From Octopus vulgaris (lineage: Eukaryota), in contig OX597830.1 of assembly GCA_951406725.2 (NCBI GenBank), positions 29,202,001 through 29,266,000 on the forward strand: a stretch of DNA of 64,000 nt, given 5' to 3'. How positions within the stretch are numbered: position 1 is the first letter of the stretch; each line of letters opens with the position of its first letter. The translations under genes and the position numbers were made by a program. The notes under the pieces are model-generated. The model was not told the origin of the DNA, did not search any database, and worked only from the letters and a program-made list of their open reading frames with translations. Shown here piece after piece: positions 14,895 through 27,271 of the stretch.

Positions 14895-15931
14895 GATATA
14901 TAGATAGAGAGATATACATACATATTCACTTCAAAGTGATTGATGCTATGTTTAAATTGGTGTTCGCATTTTGTAGCTTGGTCAAATTTTGATGTAATAG
15001 TGGCTAATACCAAACGCTAATGAGCATTAATTCCAAATATTCCCAAGAGGCATCTCATTAGTCACATACGAGAACATGATAACGGCATCTGATAGATTTT
15101 AGATATTATACTATGCCTCACTTACAACAATTGACACAGTCCTTAAATCGCAGCCTTGATTTTTGCCGGAGTCTCCTTCCATTCACAAGCTCTCCTGCTA
15201 TCCTTCATTCTAATAAGGTGTCCAGTTCAACGTAACCGGTGCTTGTGCACCATCACCTCAATACTCAAGATAACAGCTATCCTCAGGACCTGTGTGTCTG
15301 GATTTTTGAGATCCACCCAACATTGAGAATGTGTCTGAGACATCTCTGATGAAAGCGTTCAAAGACCATTACCTGACGTTCGTAATTAATTTTCGAAAAG
15401 GAGCCAATTCGGCAGAGACAGATTAACCCAACCCAGCTAGATATGCATGTCATATATTAAAAAACAAATTTAATCAACTAATTCCAATATTAGTTGCAAC
15501 AACAACAAGAAGCACAAAACAAGAATAAATGCATCATAGACAACATAAATAACAATGTCCCTTTCAAATGTTGGCACAAACCACCATGTTTTAGCTAGGG
15601 GTTGGACTGGCTTTATATGATTTCATCTATTCCACTAATTGATAGTTTATCTTTATTTCATTAATTCCTGAACTTACGGGTACGTAAACATTCCAACACC
15701 GGGTGTTAAGCGATGGGCGACAAACACGAACACAGACTCACACTCATGCAGGGACATTTACACACAAATACATACGCAATCACCTCCCTCTATGTATATT
15801 TGTGTGTGTGTGTGTGTGGTCATATAGATATATGATCACATGTACGACTACTAATAAATGTACTTATCTTTCTAACTCTCCCTCACACAATAAATACATA
15901 TGACTGTTATACGCTAAGACAATTCTGCCAA

Positions 15932-16119
<188 letters not shown>

Positions 16120-16159
16120 CATGTGGGAGAAAAAACTTAGAGTCATTGTTTCCGACACT

Positions 16160-16338
16160 ACGTTCTGAGTTCAAATTCAATCCGAGTGAAATGCTTTCCG
16201 TTCTGAGTTCAAACTCCGCCGTGGTCGACTTTGCCTTTCATCCTTTCGGGGTCAAGAAATTATGTACCACTTGCGTAGTGGAGTCAATCTAATCGGCTGG
16301 CCCCTCCGCCACAATTTCGTTCCTTGTACCTGGAATAG

Positions 16339-16340
<2 letters not shown>
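16160..16340 (+). mobile_element. SINE group C
   Basis: gagttcaaactccgccgtggtcgactttgcctttcatcctttcggggtc; the same core occurs at 23885, 34850, 43310 and 55305. It resembles the Meta/MESC SINE core as I recall it. Confidence 0.75.
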
Positions 16341-16395
<55 letters not shown>

Positions 16396-16398
<3 letters not shown>

Positions 16399-16678
16399 TA
16401 TATATTTGTTTTGCAAGATTCTTGATGCGGAATCGTGTGTTTAAACAGATATTGTTGTATTTAGAAATGGCTGATCGTTAGTTAGGAGAGACACACATAT
16501 AAGAAAGAAGAAAGCAAAGGACCACTGATGAGGTCACAGAAGTGTGTCGAAAGGACTCTGGCCGAAATAAGATTAATGTAAAAATGAATAAAGCTGAAGC
16601 AAATTAAACACCATATATATAGTTCATGTGCTTTATTGGCTATACTGGCACCATGACCATTCCTAAATACAACAATAT
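16396..16678 (+). mobile_element. Short inverted-structure PLE-like relic with a degenerate HHR
   Basis: Inverted match atattgttgtatttagaaatgg / ccattcctaaatacaacaatat; CTGATGA 16525-16531, stem II ggtca/tggcc, GAAAT 16564; TA-flanked. Confidence 0.5.
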
Positions 16679-17268
16679 ATATGTGTGTGTGTGTGTTTGT
16701 GTGTATGCATATTTATTTATATTACATGTTTAGTCTTTGAACTACGGTCATGCTGGGGTACATCTCATAATTACCCTAGTAATTACTTTCAAATAGTACT
16801 TATTTTTCAGGCCATTATAGGTGAACCAATATTTTGTGGGTGTTATGGTGGCATAAACAAAATAACAATGGTTGACAAGTTTTATTAGAGGGCAAATACA
16901 AGCACGCCCGCACGCACACACACACACGCGCGTGCGCGCGCACACACACACACACACATGCGACAAGCATTTTTCTTTCTCCATCTACCTAACTCACTCA
17001 AAATGCTTTAGTTGGCCCTGGCCTATAACGGAAAACACTTGCGCAGGGTATCTTACACCGAGATTTCAAGGGTCTAAGATTTTGTTTTACACAGTTTAAA
17101 GTTTCGAGTCTTTTTTTAATGGATTGCGATCACTAAATTTTGCCTAAAATGCAAAGAAATATGACACGGATATATGCTTCAACTGGTATTTTTATTACTT
17201 AAACGACTTAACGTCAGTAAAAATACACGTGTGCTCGCAGGCCTGTATCTTCGTGTGTAGCTGTATAG

Positions 17269-17307
<39 letters not shown>

Positions 17308-17311
<4 letters not shown>

Positions 17312-17617
17312 CGTGATCACCGTGACCGACCAGGCTATCAGATGTGGCTACACATCGCTGGTCACAATGCGCTTTGCATTATTTTAGCCTTCAAGTGACG
17401 CCACCCCGCTGGCTAAGCGAGCAGGCCAACAGAAGAAAGAGTGAGAGAAAGTTGTGCCGAAAGAGTACAGCAAGGATCGCTACCACCCCCTGCCGGAGCC
17501 TCGTGGAGATTTAGGTGTTTTCGCTCAATAAACACTCACAACGCCCGGTCTGGGAATCGAAACCACGATCCTACAACCTCGAGTCTAGTGCCCTTACCAC
17601 TGGGCCATTGCACCTCC
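17308..17617 (-). mobile_element. tRNA-derived SINE group B, tail type 1
   Basis: Near-identical to 6500-6800; A and B boxes on the minus strand. Confidence 0.85.
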
Positions 17618-19792
17618 ACAAACACACACACACACACACACACATATATATCCTGGCGTTGTGCATTTCTGACTATGTGTGTGAGTTTGTCTCTGTCTGA
17701 AACAATGTAGCGATTTTGACGTGAGCGTATATATTCTTTTAATCTGTTGCACTCATGGACCAGGTCTCTCTTAATTCATTTGTATTAAGTACTTTAACGA
17801 TAATTTAGTCCTAGATATTAAAATATACATGGTGTTCACAGATGGAGTTTCTGGGCTGATAGATCTGCTAAGTCACAGTTGGCTTTCGGATAAACAGCAG
17901 TGATAAGCGTCTAATCAATAGACAAATGTTCTGGCGTCTTATTGTACATCATAACGTGATTTGTTATTGGAAGCCATGTAGGTGTAAACATATTTAATTA
18001 TTTAGACGTTTTAAATATTCATTTCTAATGAAAGAATAACAATATTCATCGCTCTTTGATACGCGTCTTTTCATTGACTCTCAAGGAGAAAAACATACGG
18101 TCATTTTGTTCTCTTTGCGACTTACTGTGTTAAGTCTAGACTTGCAGTATGTTCGTATTTATTTGTGTCCTTTACCAACCCAGAGAAGCTGGTTCAAAGT
18201 TTAATTGATAAATGGAACAAATAGAAGTTAACTTCACTTGGAGAATGACATTAAATGCTTGAAAGAGATTGGATACTCTGAAAATCGCTAAGGTGTCAGC
18301 GTGTGGAATTAAAAATAACCGACAATGTATTTCTTTGAGAAAAATCTTTTTAGGGATTAAATTGTTAAGTATACAACTATATCTCATATTTGTTATCGTG
18401 TGTACAGGAAATATAAACACCCAGAGATTATATGCGTTTATCTTATCTCCGTCAATGATAAAATCAGACAGCTGAAAGACAGAGTAATTACTTATATAGT
18501 CAAAACATCAGGCACGTGGTTATAATTCCAATCAATATGCTTACACCTTTAGAATCACTTTTAAACTATCTTCATATCATTTTGTCAATTTATTCTCTTA
18601 CGCATTTGCAATTGTTCGGGTCATTAACCTCACAAGTATTATTTCAGCTAGTTGCCTCAACACATCTTGTTGGTCAATTGACAGTGACTGAATGCTTTAT
18701 ATTCCACTTATATGATTCAATCGTCGAATGGATAACAGCATAATTACTGTAAAATGAAAATATAGATTCCATTTCGAGTGAAGATCAGAGTTAAGTATAC
18801 TTCGAAGTTTCGCACATCCGACACAGGATCAGTGATCACGTCTTCCATTAAAAAGTTTATATTTAAAAGCATATAATTGCACGTTTAAAAAAAATGCATC
18901 GGGTTTAAATACGAAATTAATCGGCCGAAGATAATTAAGACCTTAATAAAAAAAAATATGTATATATATAATTTGAAAAATAATCAATCAATTGGCGGAG
19001 ACTGCATCAATGTTTCAATTTCGAGATGAAAACCGTTTTCTTTCTTGAACGTCAATATTTTGTGAATGATGTCGATGGGAAAATAATGTCGTATTTACCT
19101 ATCCACTTATACACTAAAACATGTTATGGATTTCCTATTTTATTAAATTTTACAATCAATAATACTAAACACTTTGGTTTTATTATTTCTTATTCTCTCG
19201 ATTTTTTTTAACGTCTCTGTTATTTTATTTTGTTAGAGGTTTATTCGGCGTATTGTTTAACATCTTTCGTTTTTTGTTATTTTTTCGTATATTTTTTTCT
19301 CTTTCTTTCATCAAACGCTTCAAAATAAAATCAATACTTCCATGTTGAAATGGTAAAATATTCCGCACATATAGTTAAGTAAATATTTGCTTATAGAATG
19401 TTAATATTTATTTAGTACTGTAGGAATCTGGTAAGAGATGTTCGTTTTGAGTAGAGAGATCTCCTTATTTTCCCTTTTTTTAACGCTTCAGAACTATCAT
19501 CATCATCCTCATCCTCATCATCATCATCATCGTCGTCGTGGTTGTTGTTGTTGTTATTTCGCATTTTCTTATTGTCTTTTTGACGAACATTATAAGTAAC
19601 ATGTGTCAATGAATTAAAGCAAACTTGCAGATGTTGTGAGGAACACGTCAACTAAGATGTTTGTTAAACCTATGATAACACATCTTCGAGTACAAATGTC
19701 TCTATACGTAGGTAAGGAGGGATGAACCGTTACGTTTGCTTACAAATAATTATACAAGCATTCATACACCCGCATATACACGCATATACATG

Positions 19793-19859
<67 letters not shown>

Positions 19860-19876
19860 ATATGTATATAGGTTCA

Positions 19877-20122
19877 GGCGCGGCTGTGTGGTAAGAAGCT
19901 TGCTTCCCAACGACATGGTTCCGGGTTCAATGGTCAAGTGTCTTCTATTATAGATTTGGGCCGATCTTCTTTCAGTTTCCGCCCACCAAATCCACTCATA
20001 AGGCTTTGGTTGGCGCGAGGCTATAGTAGAAGACACTTGCCCAAGGCCCCACGCAGTCGGACAAAACCCGTAACCATGTGGTTGGCAAGCAAGCTACTTA
20101 CCACATAGCCACTCCTGCGCCT
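19877..20122. mobile_element. Two SINE group A 5' halves in inverted (convergent) orientation
   Basis: The + head at 19877-19965 abuts a - head at 19966-20122. Confidence 0.8.
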
Positions 20123-20149
20123 ATAATGAGAACTTCTGGGTCGTAATGG

Positions 20150-20295
20150 ATCGAGCACTTCATAACAAGAAAAGGGAAGCATCTTCAAAGCCACATATTT
20201 TAAGATTACTGCATGAAACTTGGCAAGAAATATTAGTAATGCCTAATAGGGTCGCTGCATTGAAAAACATAATGGGCATGTCTACTAAATATTAA
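20150..20295 (+). pseudogene. Decayed Tc1-like transposase C-terminus
   Basis: LHETWQEI...MPNRVAAL...G.STKY* resembles the Tc1 C-terminal SMPxRxxAVIxAKGxxTKY motif. Confidence 0.45.
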
Positions 20296-20419
20296 ATATT
20301 CACATTATAACAATTAATAAATAATTTGAATATATAATTTCAGATTGAAACAAATTTTAATGATTATATATGTATCCATTTACTTCTATCATATCAGTGT
20401 GCGTGTATGTGTATAGAAT

Positions 20420-20501
<82 letters not shown>

Positions 20502-20586
20502 CAGACAGATACACAGAAAGGTATCTATAATAATGTACACAAATAAAACACTCACATACAAACGCGCGCGCACACACACAGACACA

Positions 20587-20660
<74 letters not shown>

Positions 20661-20692
20661 CTTAAACCTTATTCCATATATATATACTTAAA

Positions 20693-20745
<53 letters not shown>
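20420..20745. repeat. (GATA)n, (CA)n and (TA)n microsatellite cluster
   Basis: Direct reading. Confidence 0.95.
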
Positions 20746-20747
<2 letters not shown>

Positions 20748-21019
20748 CGTCTATACGAATGCGTATGTAAGCTTTTATGTGTGTGCATAATGTAAACCAA
20801 CCAACCTCCTTATAATGCTTCGTGCTAGTGTTCAGGAATTTGGAGGACAATGAAAGACATCTACCGCAGAATCTGCTGAACATAGCAGTCTTTTTCGTAG
20901 ACATTTACGCTGCAAAAATTACACCGGAATGGTTTGAAGGTCTCCGCATTTCAGATTCTCGTGTGAAATGTTATATAGAAGGTGTTTCAGACACTGACTA
21001 TACGCATATATGTATACAA

Positions 21020-21139
21020 AGTACACAAATGCACATACACACACACACACACACCCATGCTCATATATGCAGATATATATATATTTACACACACATATAT
21101 ACATATACATATATATTCATATATACATGCATATATACA

Positions 21140-21190
<51 letters not shown>

Positions 21191-21194
21191 TATA

Positions 21195-21240
<46 letters not shown>

Positions 21241-21311
21241 CATACATATATATATACATATACATATACACATATATATATATATGCATATACATATACA
21301 TATATATATCT

Positions 21312-21342
<31 letters not shown>

Positions 21343-21374
21343 CATATATATATATATCTATATCTATCTATCTA

Positions 21375-21432
<58 letters not shown>
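21020..21432. repeat. Long degenerate (TA)/(TACA) microsatellite
   Basis: Direct reading; this explains the 246-, 171- and 163-aa ORFs. Confidence 0.95.
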
Positions 21433-21434
<2 letters not shown>

Positions 21435-21813
21435 TGCGTATATACAAACGCAGGGACACGGCCAAGCAGAAATACACATGCACACACGCATCCATAAATA
21501 AACGGATATATAACTTGACGTATATATCAATGTGTATTGATGTGTACGTGCTTGATTGGTGAAACTCGTTTTCGAACTCCAAGGTTTCGAGTACATCTCA
21601 CTCCATGGAACACTGGTATAGCCTACTATAGCCTGCTGTAACTTCGATCAAATATTTTTTTGTGGATTTGGTGCAAAGAAATTGAAAAGAAACCTGCGTA
21701 TATATACTGCTTTCAAATTTTCTTGCAAGACCAGCACATTTCTGGGAAGAGTGTAAATAGGTTATATCGGCACCAGTACTTGACTTTTCTTTATTTTATG
21801 GACCTCGAATAGA

Positions 21814-22433
21814 TGTATACACATTAACGATTCGCTAAATCATCAATAGATTTTTATGGTGGAAACGCATATACTTACAAAGAATACAGTTCTGGTCTGA
21901 CAGTTTCGAACATTCCTTACTGATTGGGCCACGAAGCGGACCGGTCAGAATAGGAAATTCTCGACCGGTGTTTTCTGGCGATTATAGTACCTCTCAGTAT
22001 ATAATTATGCGCTTTCACTACAGCATTAGAACATTTTAGCTCTTATTTCTAGAAATAGTGTTTCTAACACCCTAGTCGTGTTTAGTCAGGATTATACTTT
22101 TTCATTTCGGTAAAACATGGCACACTGCTGTCTATATTAGTTTTCTGTATACACATTAGGACTTCGCTAAATCATCCATAGATTTTTATGGTGAAAACAT
22201 ATATATATACTGACAGGGAATTCATCCCACAATCTGCCAATTCGAACAATGCTTACTGATGAGGCAACGGTAATTGCTGAAACTGACCAGTCATTATATG
22301 AAATGCTCGACTGCTGTTTTAGGGTGACTGTAGTGTCGTCAGTATGTATGAATACAATTATGTTCTTTGACTATAGCACTATACCTTCTTAGCTCTTATT
22401 TCTAGCAATATGGGTGGTTCTAACAGTCTAGTC
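21814..22433 (+). repeat. Diverged tandem dimer (~332-bp unit) with an HHR-like motif in each unit
   Basis: Units start tgtatacacatta at 21814 and 22146 and share ttcgctaaatcatc-atagatttttatggtg and ttagctcttatttctag. Unit 2 has CTGATGA-ggcaa/ttgct-GAAACTGACCAGTC. Confidence 0.75.
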
Positions 22434-23263
22434 ATATACGTGTGTGTATGCGTACATACATATACGCATTAGTAAATACACACATAGCATATGAAGTAAC
22501 ATGTATACAGATTTTCGTCTATGGTATGCGAATAAGTTTAATTTAATCGGTTGTGCACCATGTAAATATTGCCCTTCCCAGGCTGAGTGGAAGTGATCTT
22601 TCTCCCAGTTTTTGTAAGGTCTCTGAAATGACGTGTTGGTTCACAAGAGGCGTGTGGGTTTCATTACCCATTAGTGCATGCAGTAGCAGAATAAATCTAA
22701 ATGGGGAAGTCAACATTAGTTCGTAAACCTGCACGTATTAGACGCATTCCTGCAATGAACAGCCAGTAAAATACGTAAAATATCTGTAGGAATCGCCATA
22801 TGTTTCTCACTCAACCTTCATTTAGTAGTTAGCATTCCAGCTGAGACCATTCCTGATTAGGACTTCCTTATTCAATATCTCTTAGCGTTAAGACGGTAAG
22901 GTGTGATATGAGGTACGTTTCACCGTTGTGTCCAGGTACGGAAACACTATTTCTGAATTGCTAACCTCTTGTTGTTGTTGTCGTTGTTGGAGTTCGTAGT
23001 CGTGGTTGTGGTGTTGATAGAGATGAATTTCAGGTCAGCGCTGGTTGATCTACGCTTAATGACATTGCAGCCGAAACCATTTCACGTTTCAGATTTATTT
23101 AATCTCAAACCATGATGTTAAAATTCTTCACCGTTTCCCAACACATGCACTTGTCTTACTGAGACCTAGAAAGCAATAGTTATGATTGAAGAATTTGGAT
23201 GCTATTTGTAGCAAATTTACTGAGCATTTAAATGCTCTCGTTCTGAAGAAGGATTATTTTACA

Positions 23264-23658
23264 CTAGCAGTATCGCCCGGCGTTGCTCGGGTTTGTAAGG
23301 GAAATAACTATATAAGAATTTTTAGAGATGTAAAGTAAAATAGCCATCTCAATATGGCTAACCACAAAGGGGGGGGGGTACTGTAGCTTTTTACGTTCTG
23401 AGATTTAATAATACATTTTTAGAGAGTTACTTCACTTATATATGCCAAAAATGCATTAAAAAGGAGAAAAATTGATGGTAATTTTTTTTTAAATCGTAGA
23501 CTCATCGTAGACGCGCGCTAATACCCAGAAGGGCTCGATATGAATCACGACTATAAGATACCCGGTTTTGGTTAAACTGCACCGCAAAATGTGGTAGTAG
23601 TTAAGAATCTAAATCGTAGGAGACAGACAGCACACAACCTCACTTTTATATATAAAGA
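23264..23658 (-). mobile_element. Complete non-autonomous Helitron (~395 bp)
   Basis: Minus strand: 5' TCtttatatataaaag ... cccgagcaacgccgggcgatactgCTAG 3', inserted between A and T with no TSD. Homologous to 26461-26960. Confidence 0.9.
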
Positions 23659-23884
23659 TTGTGCAAGTACTTGGGACAACTGTAGAGACTAAACATTTCA
23701 GGATGGTATCCCAGTATGGACATATTATAGTAGCTAATAGTTAACAGATAAGAAATAATAACGCTTCCTTATATAGTGTTCATCTCCACGTCGACTTTGA
23801 ACAAAGATTTTTGCAAACATTTTATTCCACGATTTTTATTCATCTTACTGAACGATTCATCCCTTTCCATTGTTTGTCGGATAC

Positions 23885-24025
23885 AATTTCAAATTCCGCC
23901 GAGGTCAACTTTGCCTTACATCCTTTTGGGGTCGAAAAATTAACTACCAATTGCGTACTGGGGTCGATTACATCGACTGGTCCTCTCGCCCAAAATTTTG
24001 GGGCTTGTGTCTAGAGTAGAAGAGA
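23885..24025 (+). mobile_element. SINE group C
   Basis: ttcaaattccgccgaggtcaactttgccttacatccttttggggtcg core. Confidence 0.75.
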
Positions 24026-24605
24026 TTATATATCAAATGCGATACAGATGCAATACAAGTAACATGTAACCCAGAAGATCCTGTTGTATATTTTAAGCAT
24101 CGGTGTCTCAATTATAAACATCACCAAGCCTGTAAAGTGTGTACGTCGATGGAGTTTGAACATCTTGTGGAGGAAAAAAGAAAGACAAGTGAACACAAGA
24201 CCCGTCAATATGCGTTTGAACTCAGAAGAATCAGCGGCCATCCAATTATATAATGTAAGTAGACTCGAGGACTTTTAAATCTCAGGTTAAAGCATTTAGA
24301 CATGTAGAGAGGTTTGGAATCTTAGCCGTAGGGAATATAACTAAACCAGAGCGTGTAGAAATCTAACAGCAAATCCACGGGTATAGTGATTGTTCGTTAG
24401 GACATGTGGCCGGTGCCTAATTATTGTGCTAGGACACCAGACGTGTTCATAAATACTGTCTGGCATACTCTCAACACATGAACTAGTAGTAGCACATAAA
24501 AAACATACTGTATTTATTAAATAATATTGATCTCTCACGGGACGGAGTACTTTCTATGCTAATTTTTCCATCGTGGAACAGTACACTATATATATATATA
24601 TATAT

Positions 24606-24745
24606 AAATTCTATAATTTTGAGAATAATTATAGAATTTTTGTATATGTTTACACCGATAATGGTTCTTTTAAGATACTGAACTATTTGGTAAAATAATT
24701 AATTATTAATTAATTTATTTATTTTACCCTTTATTATCATTGATA
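24606..24745 (+). mobile_element. Short 3'-end copy of the 46501 fold-back family with a small hairpin
   Basis: Similar to the reverse complement of 46501-46605; begins with the inverted repeat aaattctataatt/aattatagaattt; TA-flanked. Confidence 0.55.
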
Positions 24746-24776
24746 ATATATATATATATATATATACATATGTATG

Positions 24777-24827
<51 letters not shown>

Positions 24828-24834
24828 ATATATG

Positions 24835-24868
<34 letters not shown>

Positions 24869-24914
24869 TGTATGTATGTATGTATGTATGTGTGTATTCA
24901 GATATGTATGTGTC

Positions 24915-25115
24915 TTTGAGTCTGTTTGTCTCCACTGTCGCTTGACAGCCGGTGCTGGAGACTTTACGTGTTCGTAAGTTAGCTATTCGGAAGAAGTACC
25001 GACAACATAAGTACTAGGCTTACGAAGACAATTAATGGTATCGATTCCTTCGACTAAAGTTATTCAAAGTACTGCACCATCATTGCCGCAGTCTAATAAC
25101 TGAAACAAATAAGAG
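24915..25115 (+). mobile_element. Diverged SINE group A, 3' half
   Basis: cgcttgacagccggtgctgg...aagtactaggcttac...gactaaag...actgaaacaaataagag. Confidence 0.6.
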
Positions 25116-25593
25116 ATAGATGATAACTTCTTTTTTCCATACTCAAAACTTTACTGGTTTTTTTTTCTGTTCTATTTTATATGTTCTTAGTGCTTTCACA
25201 CTGGTTGATGCCCTCTTATATAAAGAACTTATGGCATGGTGGTAGCGAAAGCGCCGTAAATTAAGAATTTAATGTGGGTAACAGTATCATCCATCCATAC
25301 AGGTTACTGATGTTTTTGCTCTGCAATGAAATGAAAGAAAGCAAACACGTCTTAAGTTGAAATATATTTGTTCAGAGGATTGCTCAAGGAAGGTCATTTT
25401 AAGTATATCATGTTTTAAAATATGTGCTTATTACTTTCAATAATGGTGCATAACAAATCTATATAGATAAGTTTTATACACTTCTCGCGAGGAACCAGAA
25501 CAAAATATACAAAATAAGACATATTAGTTTCGTTATTGGAGGTATTGGGAACTATATTTAAAAGATGAACGTAACATTTGTACGTATGTATAC

Positions 25594-25651
<58 letters not shown>

Positions 25652-25660
25652 GTGTATATG

Positions 25661-25825
25661 TAAGAGGGATGACCTGTAAATGGACATCAATTATGCTAGA
25701 AGAAGATCCGCTATGGATTGATCTCAAGACAATTATTTTCTTGAGAACATTCCTTTCTTAGCGGTAAGACCATAGTGGATCTTCTTCTAGCTTAATGGAT
25801 GTCCACTTACAGGTCATCCCTCTTA
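25661..25825. repeat. 56-bp inverted repeat with a ~53-bp spacer
   Basis: Arms 25661-25716 and 25770-25825, with about four mismatches. Confidence 0.85.
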
Positions 25826-25945
25826 ATATGTATGCAATAAAAGTTTTTCTGAAAATTCAGATTTTTCAATATGCTAGACCACTTGTTTTAAATTGATATT
25901 AATCAAATTAATATTCAATTTTTCACACTTATTATTTTAAATATA

Positions 25946-26959
25946 TCTATATATATAAAACTGTAGTTGTGTGAGTGTCTGTCCCCTTCGATTTAGATTC
26001 CTAACTACTCCCACATTTTGCGGTGCAGTTTAACCAAAACCGGGTATCTTATAGTCGTGATTCATATCGAGCCCGTCTGGCTATTAGCGCGCATCTACGA
26101 TGAGTCTACGATTTTAAAAATAATTTAACATAATTTTTTATTCCATTTTAATGCATATTTTTTCGTGTGTCGATAGCGGCGGAGTTGGCGTCCACGCTCA
26201 CGCCTGCACCTGTTTGCTTCTCCCCCTTCTTCGCTCCCTCGTGAAGCTGTGGGGAAGGGTGTGTAAGGAAATCAACGTCGTAATGCGTTGTCAAGGAGAC
26301 CAGCGTTCTTTTAGAACAACGACTTCATGGCTTGAAGTCGCCAAAACAGAAATCGCTAAAAAAGCTGAAACAGATCCACAAAAACGGCAATTACCGCCAC
26401 ACAGTGCAGGTTTCCTGTGCAAACAATTTGCACAACCGAATGTTTTAGTTGTTGCACAAATCTTTATATATAAAAGTAAGGTTGTGTGTCTGTCTCCTAC
26501 GATTTAGATTCCTAATTACTCCCACATTTTGCGGTGCAGTGTAACCAAAACCGGGTATCTTATAGTCGTGATTCATATCGAGCCCTTCTGGGTATTAGCG
26601 CGCGTCTACGATGAGTCTACGATTTAAAAAAAAAATTACCATAATTTTTTATTCCATTTTAATGCATTTTTCGCTATTATATAAGGGAAGTAACTCTCTA
26701 AAAATGTCTACGATGAGTCAACGATTAAAAAAAAAATTACCATCATTTTTTATTCCAATTTAATGCATTTTTTGCTATTATATAAGGGAAGTAACTCTCT
26801 AAAAATGTCTACGATGAGTCAACGATTTAAAAAAAATATTACCATCATTTTTTATTCCATTTTTAATGCATTTTTTACTATTTTTTTGCTATAACTCACT
26901 AAAAATGCTTATATAGTTATTTCCCTTACAAACCCGAGCAACGCCGAGCGATACTGCTA

Positions 26960-26960
<1 letters not shown>
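25946..26960 (+). mobile_element. Composite non-autonomous Helitron (two 5' ends, one 3' end)
   Basis: A|TCtatatatataaaa at 25946 and A|TCtttatatataaaa at 26461; three ~100-bp internal repeats at 26607-26900; hairpin plus CTAG|T at 26957-26960. Confidence 0.85.
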
Positions 26961-27005
<45 letters not shown>

Positions 27006-27230
27006 CGGTGATCTGACGGGTGAGTATTTTTTTCCTTGCGTTAATTCGTAAATATTCAATCATATGATATATTGTTGAGGATATAAGTTTGTGCAAACAT
27101 GCACGTATATATTTGAATACTGGAATTAATACTACAGGAATACGATTAGGAACACGATTAGGAAACGGCTGTAATCACTTGGAAGTCATGAGCCAAATAT
27201 TACCGTTCATTCTGCACTAGTATTACGCTT

Positions 27231-27271
<41 letters not shown>

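Noticed and set aside
20822-21562. 246-aa ORF and other long ORFs (8308, 49067, 55990, 56021)
   Set aside because: Translations of stop-free microsatellites (YI, CV, LSIY, poly-I); no coding signal.
22543-22760. Possible minus-strand exon after ttcattgcag
   Set aside because: All three frames after the acceptor stop quickly; no recognisable protein.
25195-25270. CTGGTTGA...GAAAGCGCCGTA motif
   Set aside because: Too many deviations from the HHR core and no stem I.
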